This document shows, piece by piece, positions 27,075 through 35,816 of a DNA stretch of 64,000 nt. Position 1 is the stretch's first letter, and every line of letters begins with the position of its first letter. A program made the translations under genes and the position numbers. The stretch lies in assembly GCA_963792875.1 (NCBI GenBank), contig CAWBXV010000003.1, forward strand, positions 32,318 to 96,317, in the 5' to 3' direction. A model generated the notes under the pieces. The model worked only from the letters and a program-made list of their open reading frames with translations. It was not told the DNA's origin and ran no database searches. Origin of the DNA: an uncultured Gammaproteobacteria bacterium (lineage in GTDB: Bacteria; Pseudomonadota; Gammaproteobacteria; Pseudomonadales; JAHEGP01).

Positions 27075-27434
27075 TCAGGCGCCGCTGCGTTTGACGGTCC
27101 AGCCGCGGCGGCTCAATACTTCGACGAGGCGGTCGCGGTGGTCACCCTGGATTTCCACCACGTCGCCCTTGATCGCGCCGCCGGTGGCGCACAGCCGCCT
27201 GAGTTCCGCAGCGCAGGCCTTGAGCTCGTCACCCTGCAGGGGAATTCCCGTGATGAGGGTAACACCCTTGCCCTTGCGGCCCTTGGTCTGGCGGCTGACG
27301 CGCACGACGCCGTCACCGGGGACAGCGGGGCGCTGGCTGCAGCTGCAGGCCTTGACGGCGTTGCCGCACGCGGGGCAGAGCCTGCCGAGCGCCGTGGAGT
27401 AGACGGGGCGGCTGGATTGTTGCTGATTTGTCAT
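27075..27434 (-). CDS. yciH: SUI1/eIF1-family translation initiation factor homologue (YciH)
   Basis: 119 aa with N-terminal Cys pairs (CPACG…CSC) and a SUI1 core (RVSRQTKGRKGKGVTLITG…EIQGDHRD). Confidence 0.85.
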   Translation of the reverse strand: MTNQQQSSRPVYSTALGRLCPACGNAVKACSCSQRPAVPGDGVVRVSRQTKGRKGKGVTLITGIPLQGDELKACAAELRRLCATGGAIKGDVVEIQGDHRDRLVEVLSRRGWTVKRSGA

Positions 27435-27578
27435 GGCAATTCCGTGGCAAAGTGGTTAGTGTACCCGCTTTTTGGATTCGGCCACCATCCTCAGGGTTTT
27501 CCCGTCGATGGTCCGCGGCCACCGCGGTGACCTGTGCCGCCGCCGGGAGGGGCCGATGCCGTGCTCCGGAGGTGATCG

Positions 27579-28652
27579 ATGAGCCCTATGTCCCAGCTGC
27601 GGTGCGATCGGCAGATCGCCCGCTGGTTGTTTTTCTGTGCTGCGCTGGTCGTGGCCATGATACTGTTGGGCGGGGTCACCCGCCTGACGCATTCCGGGCT
27701 GTCCATCGTCGAATGGAAGCCGCTGCTCGGTGCCATTCCGCCGCTCAATGAGGCGCAGTGGCACGAGGTCTTTGTCAAGTACCAGGCGTATCCTGAGTAT
27801 CAGCTGGTCAACGCGGGCATGAGTCTCGGTGAGTTCAAGGCCATCTTCATGTTCGAATACCTGCATCGCCTGCTGGGGCGCCTGATCGGGCTGGCGTTTC
27901 TGCTGCCGCTGGTGTTTTTCTACCTGAAGGGAAGGATCGCTCCGCGCCTGACCCCCAAGCTCGTCATGCTGTTCGTCCTCGGTGGTCTGCAGGGCGTGCT
28001 CGGCTGGTACATGGTCAAGAGCGGGCTGGTCGATAACCCACGCGTGAGTCAGTATCGGCTCACCGCCCACCTCGGTGCTGCCGTGCTGATCTATGCCTCC
28101 ATCATGTGGGTGGCGCTGGGGCTGCGCTTTGCGGACGCGCCCCGCGCCGTCCCTGCCGGCGACGGGCTGCGCCGCTTCGCGTATCTCATCACCGGCCTGC
28201 TGTTTATCATGATCCTCTCGGGAGGACTGGTCGCGGGTACGCGCGCCGGGCTGGGCTACAATACCTTTCCGCTGATGGGCACCTCTTTTATTCCCCAGGG
28301 GCTCTACGCGATGCAGCCGCCCTGGCTGGCCGCGTTCGAGGATACCACGACGATTCAATTCAACCATCGCCTGCTCGCCTATGTGCTGTCGGCGCTGATC
28401 GTCAGCTTTGCGGTGACCGCGTTGCGCAGCGGCATCGCCGGCAGGGCGCGCGCGGGAGTCTATGCCCTGCTGGCGATGCTGCTGCTGCAGGTGGGGCTCG
28501 GCATCAGCACGCTGCTGCTGCTGGTGCCGGTGCCCCTGGCCTCGGCCCACCAGGCGGGTGCCATCGGCCTGTTCACGTGTGCGCTGGTTGTCAGTCAGGC
28601 GCTGACGGTGCGCGGCGATCGGGCCGTCGCCGCCTTGCCCGCCGCCGCCTGA
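27579..28652 (+). CDS. ctaA: Haem A synthase (COX15/CtaA family)
   Basis: Eight-TM protein with conserved His-containing motifs (EYLHRLLGR, QFNHRLLAY, SAHQAGA). Confidence 0.85.
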   Translation: MSPMSQLRCDRQIARWLFFCAALVVAMILLGGVTRLTHSGLSIVEWKPLLGAIPPLNEAQWHEVFVKYQAYPEYQLVNAGMSLGEFKAIFMFEYLHRLLGRLIGLAFLLPLVFFYLKGRIAPRLTPKLVMLFVLGGLQGVLGWYMVKSGLVDNPRVSQYRLTAHLGAAVLIYASIMWVALGLRFADAPRAVPAGDGLRRFAYLITGLLFIMILSGGLVAGTRAGLGYNTFPLMGTSFIPQGLYAMQPPWLAAFEDTTTIQFNHRLLAYVLSALIVSFAVTALRSGIAGRARAGVYALLAMLLLQVGLGISTLLLLVPVPLASAHQAGAIGLFTCALVVSQALTVRGDRAVAALPAAA

Positions 28653-28764
28653 ACGCCCTCGCCGCACCGGTTTGCAGCGGCGTGCGCGGCCGCGGCGCGT
28701 CCTGGCGCCTTGGGAGGCCAGGGTTTAACATGGCGGCTGGTGACCGCAGTGTGAGCCAACGCGC

Positions 28765-29550
28765 ATGGCATTTGTAACGTATATGATCGTGATCGACCCC
28801 GCCCTGGAGCTGCAACCCGCGCTGCTCGATGTGCTGGAGACCGCCAGGGCAATGGGAGCCAGGCTGCATCTCTATGCCTGTATCGACGAGACGGCGCCGG
28901 CGGCGGCAGTAACGGCGGCTGAGCGCCTGCTCGAGGGGCTCGCCGGGCAGGCCGCGGCCGCCGGGTTGGCGGTGAGCTCAGAGCTGGAGCGGGATGCCGA
29001 CTGGCAGGTCCAGGCAGTGCGGGCCGCCTCCCGCTGCGGTGCCGATCTGCTGGTCAAATACAGCTTCGACCACAGCGCGCTGCAGCGGGAATTGCGCGCC
29101 ACCTCCGACTGGACCCTGCTGCGCAAAGCGCCCTGTCCGGTGCTGCTGGTCAAGCATCACCGCCGCTGGACCCACCAGGGCGTGCTCGGGGCGGTCAATT
29201 TCAACGCGCGGGATGGTGCCCATGCCCGCCTGAACAAGCTCGTCATCGGCGCGACGCGAGGCTTTGCCTCCGCCCTGGGCGCGAGGCAGTATTTCATCAA
29301 TGCCTGTGAAGACGGTCAGGAGGTGCCCGACGCCTCGGCGCTGGCAGGCCGCTGCGGCGTGCCGGAGGAGCAGGTTCTGGTATGCGCAGGCCCCCCCCAC
29401 GAGGCCATCGTGAGCACGGCCGAAAGGCTGGAGGTGGACCTGATCGTGCTGGGGACGGTAGGGCGCAGCGGCCTGGTTGGCAAGTGGATCGGCAACACCG
29501 TCGAAAAGCTGCTCGACCACACCCATATCGACATCCTGGTCGTCAACTGA
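28765..29550 (+). CDS. Tandem universal stress protein (UspE-like)
   Basis: Two USP-like halves. The second ends with GTVGRSGLVGKWIGNTVEKLLDHTHIDILVV (USP ATP-binding-type motif). Confidence 0.7.
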   Translation: MAFVTYMIVIDPALELQPALLDVLETARAMGARLHLYACIDETAPAAAVTAAERLLEGLAGQAAAAGLAVSSELERDADWQVQAVRAASRCGADLLVKYSFDHSALQRELRATSDWTLLRKAPCPVLLVKHHRRWTHQGVLGAVNFNARDGAHARLNKLVIGATRGFASALGARQYFINACEDGQEVPDASALAGRCGVPEEQVLVCAGPPHEAIVSTAERLEVDLIVLGTVGRSGLVGKWIGNTVEKLLDHTHIDILVVN

Positions 29551-29560
29551 AGCGCCGCGC

Positions 29561-30517
29561 TCAGGCGTCCATCCATGCCCTCAGTTTGGCCAGAAACGCG
29601 ATGGTTCTGCGCTGCGAACCGGGCTCCACCTCCAGTACCGCCGCATTCAGGTCCGTAACGCCCATGTCGCGCAGCGCCACGACCTGCCGCTGCAGCGACT
29701 CTTCGTCGCCCAGCAGGGCGATGTCGCCTGGTCCTGCCACCCCCTCCCGGTCGAGCATGGCGCGGTAGGAGGGCAGGACGCCGTACAGTTTCAGCGACTC
29801 GTTCAAGCGCGCGCGCGCCGCGGGCACGTCCTGGCACAGCGAAACCGGCAGGCCCGCGACCACCCGCGGTGATGGCCGCCCCGCCGCGGCGGCCGCCCGG
29901 GTGATGGTCGGGATGATGTGCGAGTTCAGCGTTTTCGGGCCGGTCATCCAGGTCACGGTGCCATCGGCCAGGGTGCCGGCGATTTTCAGCATTCTCGGCC
30001 CGAGCGCGCCGACGATGCAGGGCACCGGCCGGCCGGTGCCGAGTTTGAGCCGACCGTCGACCCGGTACAGCGGGCCCTGGTGGCGCACCGCCTCGCCTCG
30101 CAGCAGTGGCATGAGGATTTCCAGGTATTCCTGCATGTGCGCGGCCGGGTGCTGGTAGCTCAGCCCCAGCATGTCCTCGATCACGACCTTGTGGGACAGG
30201 CCGATGCCGAGGGTGAAGCGGTTGTCGCAGGCTATCGCCGTGGTGAGCGCCTGCTGCGCCATGGCCACCGGGTGCCTCACCTGAATGGGGGTGACGGCGC
30301 TGCCAAGGCCGATGCTGCTCGTGGCCGGGCCCGCCAGAGCCAGCGCGGTGAGGGCGTCGAGGTCCTGCAGATTGGCCATCCACACATTGTCGAAGCCCTC
30401 CGCCTCCAGGTGCTGGATGTAGTTAAGAAATTTGCGGATGTTCTTGTCCGGCCAGTTGTCGGTAAGAAACAGGGTGCCGATGCGCATGGTGCGGGTCTCG
30501 CTGGTCTGGGTCCGCAT
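29561..30517 (-). CDS. LLM-class (luciferase-like) flavin/F420-dependent oxidoreductase; the start may be the internal MRIGTLF (30487)
   Basis: Typical LLM N-terminus (MRIGTLFLTDN…) and overall TIM-barrel LLM similarity. Confidence 0.75.
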   Translation of the reverse strand: MRTQTSETRTMRIGTLFLTDNWPDKNIRKFLNYIQHLEAEGFDNVWMANLQDLDALTALALAGPATSSIGLGSAVTPIQVRHPVAMAQQALTTAIACDNRFTLGIGLSHKVVIEDMLGLSYQHPAAHMQEYLEILMPLLRGEAVRHQGPLYRVDGRLKLGTGRPVPCIVGALGPRMLKIAGTLADGTVTWMTGPKTLNSHIIPTITRAAAAAGRPSPRVVAGLPVSLCQDVPAARARLNESLKLYGVLPSYRAMLDREGVAGPGDIALLGDEESLQRQVVALRDMGVTDLNAAVLEVEPGSQRRTIAFLAKLRAWMDA

Positions 30518-30682
30518 GACGCGGATGCCTTGGTCTTATTGTGCAGGTGTCGCCCAGCCTCAAACATATACCGCGCTGCGGCGATTTGCCAGCGGGCGCG
30601 GGCCGCCCGCCCGCCCGGGGGAAGGATGTTGCGAGCGGGGCAGTGACAAGGCGGTCTGCCGCGGGTAGAATAGCCGCGCCCC

Positions 30683-30756
30683 GCGGGTGTAGCTCAATGG
30701 TAGAGCAGAAGCTTCCCAAGCTTACGACGAGGGTTCGATTCCCTTCACCCGCTCCA
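30683..30756 (+). tRNA. tRNA-Gly (anticodon CCC), with encoded CCA
   Basis: gcgggtg acceptor stem, D-arm agctcaatggtagagc, anticodon loop ttCCCaa, T-arm gagggttcgattccctt, and 3' cacccgc-t-cca. Near-identical in layout to E. coli glyU. Confidence 0.95.
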
Positions 30757-30851
30757 TTCTCATCGGCCCCCATCGGCTCCCAACCCGCCGAACGGCGCGT
30801 TTCGCCGCCACCCGGAACTGCGGTACCTGCTTGACGGCAGGCCGACTGCCC

Positions 30852-31307
30852 TCAGAACCAGAAGCGAAAGCCGATGGAGCCTTCGATGTCGAAGTCGGTG
30901 TCGGGCAGCACTTCGATCACCGGCACGATTGCCGCAAAGATGTCGAAGGGCGCTCCGGAAAAATAGTAGTCCAGCCCCAACGGTATGCGGATTCCCCAGA
31001 GGTCCTTTTTGTCCTCGCGCAGCACGACGCGTCCCCCGATGCCGTAATACACCGGCAGCCGCCCCTTGCTGACCTTGATCGGATTATAGTTGTGGAAGAG
31101 ATAGTCGGCCTGCAGATGCAGATGCTTATTGCCTGACAGCGACCAGGCCGCTGCGGCGTCGATCGCGTTGGTGGGGTCGATGTGATACTTGAAGTTGATG
31201 CCCGTCGGGTCGCCGAATATGACGCCGATGCCCCGCTTGAAGCTCTGGGCGGAGGCGGGCGCGGCGGCGGCCAGCAGGATTGTCAGGGCAATGACAGAAC
31301 GTCGCAT
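30852..31307 (-). CDS. Small outer-membrane beta-barrel-like protein (151 aa)
   Basis: Signal peptide (…AAAPASA/QS), alternating amphipathic strands, and a C-terminal ...GFRFWF aromatic terminus. Confidence 0.55.
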   Translation of the reverse strand: MRRSVIALTILLAAAAPASAQSFKRGIGVIFGDPTGINFKYHIDPTNAIDAAAAWSLSGNKHLHLQADYLFHNYNPIKVSKGRLPVYYGIGGRVVLREDKKDLWGIRIPLGLDYYFSGAPFDIFAAIVPVIEVLPDTDFDIEGSIGFRFWF

Positions 31308-31597
31308 GGTGCTTCCTTATGTGGCTCTAGCGGTTGACGGGCGTCTCGCCATGAGCGGTCGACGGCGCGGCAGCGCGCCGGAGTATGCCATGGCTCAGTG
31401 CTGAGGATATGTGTTCGGGGCGCCGACCGCCAGCCAGCCTGCCTTGCAGGGCTGGCTGGGGAGCATGCCAGAGGGCCCACGGCTCGGCTGGGGCGCCGGT
31501 CGATGCCTGGCGCCGCTGGCCTCAAAACCTGGGATCGGTTAAGTTGGCTGCCGGTCCGCCCCTTTGCCAACCCGACGCCCGACCTTGAGGAGCCGCG

Positions 31598-32938
31598 ATG
31601 ATTTCAGAAGAGCAACTCGAGAATACCCTGGAATGGCTGCTCTGGGCGCTCCACGATGACGTCGCCGCGCTGCCGATCGAGGCGGGCGAGCTCACCGTCG
31701 ACGACTGGGCCTTCGTGCTCGAGGCCATCCCCTCGGACGACCGCTACCGCCTCTGGGAGATGCTGCCGGATACGGACAAGGGCGCGATCCTGGCGGCGAT
31801 GCGCGATGACGCCCGCAATCAGCTGCTGGGCCATATCGATCAGCCCGAGATCGTCAGCATCGCCCGCAACAGCACGCCCGAGCAGGTCGTCGAGATCCTC
31901 GATGCCGTGTCCGAGGGCGTCGCCCAGCGCATCATCCGGCGCCTATCGCCCGAAGACCAGGATTCCATCACCTCGGCCATGGCCTACGACGAGGAGCAGC
32001 TTGGTCGCTACCTCGTGCGCGAGGCCTACGTGGTCAGCGGCACGGCGACGGTGGGCAATCTGCTGGTCGAACTCAAGACCCAGGAGCTGCCGCCCTACAC
32101 CGACAGCTTTCTGGTGACCGACGCCGCTGGCCGCTACCTCGGCCAGGTCGACCTCAACATGCTGCTCGGCAGCCCGCGCAGCGCGCGCCTGCGGGACATC
32201 GCAGACAGCCTGGACGAGGTGCTCACCACCGACATGCCCCTGCTGGAGGCATCCAATCGGGTCAAGAACAGTGGCCGCTCGATGCTGCCGGTGCTCGATA
32301 GCGGTGGGCAGCTGCTCGGGCGCTTCTCGCTGCGCGATGCCCTGGACGTGTTCCAGGAGCACTTTGAAGCGCAGATCATGCACCTGGGGCAGGTCGCCGA
32401 CGAGGACCTGTTCGCCCCCATCGCGGTCAGCGCCGGCCGGCGCGCCATCTGGCTGGGTATCAACCTGCTGACGGCCTTCATGGCGTCGGCGGTGATCGGC
32501 ATCTTCGAAGACGTGGTGGCCCAGGTGGTGGCGCTGGCCGTGCTGATGCCCATCGTCGCGAGCATGGGCGGCATCACCGGCAGCCAGACGCTGACGCTGA
32601 CCATTCGCGGCCTGGCCACCGGCCGCCTGGCGCCGTCCAATCTCGGCGCGCTGGGCAGCAAGGAGCTGTCGGTGGCGCTGCTCAACGGTCTGTTGTGGGG
32701 TGCGGTGGTGGCCGTCTGCGCCGGGCTGTGGTTCGGCAACCCGCAGCTCTCCTACATCATCGCCGGCTCGCTGCTGGTCAATATGCTGGTGGCGTCGGGC
32801 GCCGGCATCGCTATCCCGGTGCTGCTGGAGCGCAACGGCATCGACCCGGCACTGGCCGGCTCGGTGATCCTGACGACGGTGACGGATGTCGTGGGTTTCA
32901 TGGTGTTCCTGGGTTCCGCGGCGGTGCTGCTGGTTTAG
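31598..32938 (+). CDS. mgtE: Magnesium transporter MgtE
   Basis: N-domain, tandem CBS region and a TM domain with the PIVASMGGITGSQT… motif. Confidence 0.9.
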   Translation: MISEEQLENTLEWLLWALHDDVAALPIEAGELTVDDWAFVLEAIPSDDRYRLWEMLPDTDKGAILAAMRDDARNQLLGHIDQPEIVSIARNSTPEQVVEILDAVSEGVAQRIIRRLSPEDQDSITSAMAYDEEQLGRYLVREAYVVSGTATVGNLLVELKTQELPPYTDSFLVTDAAGRYLGQVDLNMLLGSPRSARLRDIADSLDEVLTTDMPLLEASNRVKNSGRSMLPVLDSGGQLLGRFSLRDALDVFQEHFEAQIMHLGQVADEDLFAPIAVSAGRRAIWLGINLLTAFMASAVIGIFEDVVAQVVALAVLMPIVASMGGITGSQTLTLTIRGLATGRLAPSNLGALGSKELSVALLNGLLWGAVVAVCAGLWFGNPQLSYIIAGSLLVNMLVASGAGIAIPVLLERNGIDPALAGSVILTTVTDVVGFMVFLGSAAVLLV

Positions 32939-33086
32939 CATGGCCGTGCGGCAGGCGCGTCGCCGGCTCCCGTGCAGGCAGGGGCTGCGGCAGGTCAGGG
33001 TCTGCCGCCGTGGCGGCAAAGAAAGAGGGGCGGGGGAGTGCCGTCCTTGGCACACTGGCGGGCGTGATGCCCGCCATGCAGAGGGC

Positions 33087-33224
33087 TTACCTGGCGGTCA
33101 GCTCTCTCATGTCTGCCAGCATGGAACGGCAGTACACATCCATGGAGTAGCTCAGCGGTGTCAGTCTGCCGCTTTCGTAATCGGCTTTGATGCCTTTCCA
33201 GCATACGTCCAGTAGGTAAGTCAT
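33087..33224 (-). CDS. Candidate small protein (45 aa; MTYLLDVCWKGIKADYESGRLTPLSYSMDVYCRSMLADMRELTAR)
   Basis: Not in the track (under 60 aa). GGAGG lies about 5 nt upstream of the ATG. It sits in a locally lower-GC patch of the 640-bp mgtE/xpaC intergenic region. No homology is recognised. Confidence 0.3.
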   Translation of the reverse strand: MTYLLDVCWKGIKADYESGRLTPLSYSMDVYCRSMLADMRELTAR

Positions 33225-33398
33225 AGTGGCCTCCAGACCATGGGTTGACTTGACGCTCGCATTCTAGGCGGCCGGTCGGCCCGCCAATATCCGTAGATAC
33301 CCTGTGGGTATGCCGTCAAGTGCCTATTGCGCAGCTGCCGGCGGCGGGTGAGATTGCCCCCTGGCCGGCGCCTGTGTTAGTTTGACGACACATCTGTG

Positions 33399-33530
33399 AT
33401 GGCGAGATCGATGATGGCCAAGCGCCCGCTTTCGGTGTTGATTCTGCGCAAGTCCGTGGGGAGCCTGTTGCTGTGGGGCACGGTGGGCCTGATCAGCCTG
33501 CAGTCGTTTTTCTTTGTCATCGTCCGCTGA
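33399..33530 (+). CDS. Candidate small membrane peptide (43 aa; …LRKSVGSLLLWGTVGLISLQSFFFVIVR)
   Basis: Short ORF with one hydrophobic helix, about 70 nt upstream of the xpaC-like gene. No clear RBS. Confidence 0.2.
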   Translation: MARSMMAKRPLSVLILRKSVGSLLLWGTVGLISLQSFFFVIVR

Positions 33531-33599
33531 ACGCCGCCGCGAACGCTGGGGCCTTCATCGTTTCCGGGGAGCACTGAATTGCCCGCAAAGCCGTCTGCG

Positions 33600-34430
33600 A
33601 TGCCCGCGCAAGGCAAGCGCGATCAGATTCCGGTCGTGGGGCCGATGCTCTTGTATTTTCTGCCGCTGCCCCTGCTGCCGGCGATTTTCATCGCCCTGCT
33701 CAAGGGCAATGTCGTCAATTTCCTCGCCAGTCTGGTGGCCCTGTCGCTGGTGTGGGGCGGCGCCTGGCTGACCCGGCGCGGCATCAAGCGCGATGTCGAG
33801 ATACAGCGGCTGGGGTGGTCCCGCCTGCCGGCGCGGCCCTGGAAATTGCTGGGCGGCCTGGCTGTCGGCGTCGCCACGGGCCTGTGTACGCTGCTGATCC
33901 TCAGGCGGCCCCCGGTCATGGCCGGGAGTGTGGCCCTGGCGACCCTGGCGGGCGTGCTGCTCAGCTATGGCATCGATAGCCTGTTCTACGGTCGCTTGCG
34001 ACGGGCGCCCCTGACCACCGCCGACCGCGACGTGGCAGAGCTGCTGGAAGAGGCGCGCCTCAAGATCGACAGCATCGACCGGGCCAGCCGGCAGATTCAC
34101 AACCCCGAACTCAACCGCCGCATCCGCCGCATCAACGCGCGGGCAGTCGAGATTCTGGCGACCATTGCCGATGATCCTGCCATCGTGCGGCGCGCGCGCA
34201 AATTTCTCAAGGTCTACCTCGACGGCGCGCAGCGGGTGACCGAGGGCTATGCCCGCGTCCACCGCGACCAGCCCAGCCGCCAGCTGGAGGACAACTTTCG
34301 CAACGTGCTGGTCACCATTGAGGATACTTTCGTCGAACAGCAGCGCAAACTGCAGGAGAAGGACGCCCTCGATCTCGACGTGCAGATCGAAGTGCTGACC
34401 AGACAGCTCAAGGAAGAGGGCGTCATCTAA
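33600..34430 (+). CDS. XpaC-like (5-bromo-4-chloroindolyl phosphate hydrolysis protein family) membrane-anchored protein
   Basis: Two N-terminal TM helices and a coiled-coil C-terminus, located directly upstream of telA as in yaaN/xpaC-type pairs. The track start (TTG 33579) is also possible. Confidence 0.6.
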   Translation: MPAQGKRDQIPVVGPMLLYFLPLPLLPAIFIALLKGNVVNFLASLVALSLVWGGAWLTRRGIKRDVEIQRLGWSRLPARPWKLLGGLAVGVATGLCTLLILRRPPVMAGSVALATLAGVLLSYGIDSLFYGRLRRAPLTTADRDVAELLEEARLKIDSIDRASRQIHNPELNRRIRRINARAVEILATIADDPAIVRRARKFLKVYLDGAQRVTEGYARVHRDQPSRQLEDNFRNVLVTIEDTFVEQQRKLQEKDALDLDVQIEVLTRQLKEEGVI

Positions 34431-34465
34431 TTGGTAGCGCATGCGCAAACAGAGGAGTGAGCGAG

Positions 34466-35572
34466 ATGGAAACCAAACCGGGCGACCAGGCCGCGGCTAT
34501 CGAGGCCGGTCAGGACACGCCGCTGGCCGCATTGGCGCCGGAGCAGCGGGACGCCGTCGTGGCGCTGGTCAAGGAGATCGACCTGCGCGACAGCAATGCG
34601 CTGCTGTTCTTCGGCAACAAGATTCAGCAGGAGCTCACCCAGATATCGGACAGCATGCTGGAGGGCGTGCGCAACAAGGATGTGGGGCCGGCTTCTGACT
34701 CGCTGAGCGACATGGTCACCACGCTGCGCGGTTTTGGCGCCGAAGACCTGGCGAAAAAGCCGGGCCTGGTGGCGCGCCTGTTTGGGGCCGGCAAGCCCGT
34801 GGTCAAGTTCCTGCAGCAGTACGAGACCGTCAGGGGCCAGATAGACTCGATCACCGACAGCCTGGAGTCACATAAGACGCAGCTGCTCACCGATATCGTC
34901 TCGCTGGACCGCCTCTACGACTCCAGCCTGGAATACTTCCACACCCTCGAGACCTACATCGCCGCCGGGGAGGAGAAGCTGCGCCAGCTCGACGGCGAGC
35001 TGATCCCGGCGGCGGAGCAGCGAGCGGCGGCGGCCGGTGCGGTGCTGGAGGCACAGCGGCTGGCCGATCTGCGCGGGGCCAGGGATGACCTGGAGCGGCG
35101 GGTGCACGATCTGCGCCTCACCCGGCAGGTGACCATGCAGGCGCTGCCCAGCATCCGCCTGGTGCAGGAGAACGACAAGGGGCTGGTGCGCAAGATTCAG
35201 TCCACCGTGGTCAACACCATCCCCCTGTGGCGCCAGCAGCTCGCGCAGGCCATCACCATTTACCGTTCCGGTCAGGCCGCCGAGACGGTCAAGGCCGCGA
35301 CCGATCTGACCAATGATCTGCTGGAGAAAAATGCCGACGCGCTGCAGATGGCCAATCGCGAGGTAAGAAAGCAGATCGAGCGCGGCGTGTTCGACATCGA
35401 GGTGGTCAAGCGCGCCAACGACAAGCTCATCCAGACCATTCAGGAGAGCCTGCAGATTGCCGAGGAGGGCAAGCAGAAGCGCGCCGCCGCGGTACAGCAG
35501 CTGGAAGTGTGCGAGAGCGAGCTGCATCGGGCGCTGTCCGCGGCCAGTGGTCGGGCTGGCCAGCCGCGCTGA
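34466..35572 (+). CDS. telA: TelA / toxic anion resistance family protein
   Basis: LRDSNALLFFGNKIQQELTQISDSML…, a typical TelA N-terminal region, and similarity along the whole length. Confidence 0.8.
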   Translation: METKPGDQAAAIEAGQDTPLAALAPEQRDAVVALVKEIDLRDSNALLFFGNKIQQELTQISDSMLEGVRNKDVGPASDSLSDMVTTLRGFGAEDLAKKPGLVARLFGAGKPVVKFLQQYETVRGQIDSITDSLESHKTQLLTDIVSLDRLYDSSLEYFHTLETYIAAGEEKLRQLDGELIPAAEQRAAAAGAVLEAQRLADLRGARDDLERRVHDLRLTRQVTMQALPSIRLVQENDKGLVRKIQSTVVNTIPLWRQQLAQAITIYRSGQAAETVKAATDLTNDLLEKNADALQMANREVRKQIERGVFDIEVVKRANDKLIQTIQESLQIAEEGKQKRAAAVQQLEVCESELHRALSAASGRAGQPR

Positions 35573-35775
35573 CCCGCTGGTGCGGCGCAGGACGGCCTTG
35601 CCGGCAACTTGCCCGGCGCGGGTCCCGCTATCAGCATGGCATTCACCCGATAGCTGGGGCCGGTGAGCCGCTGCAGTCTGCATCCGGGCTTCTTCCGGCC
35701 GGGGGCTGCGGTGGCCGGCGAGGGCAGCACGCCCGGCGCCGGCGGCGACCAGCGGCGCGAGCCCAACCGGTGGTC

Positions 35776-35816
35776 GGGCTAGAGCGGCCAGATCATGGGT
35801 AGAACGGCCAGATCAT
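35776..35816. repeat. Imperfect tandem duplication (about 20 bp x2) spanning the stop codon of the SLC13 permease gene
   Basis: gggctagagcggccagatcat / gggtagaacggccagatcat. On the coding strand this reads atgatctggccgttctaccc|atgatctggccgctctagccc. Confidence 0.8.

Noticed and set aside
30757-31600. Looked for an integrase or genomic island downstream of tRNA-Gly, a common integration hotspot.
   Set aside because: Only a small OMP gene and mgtE follow. There is no integrase, no direct repeat of the tRNA 3' end and no compositional shift.
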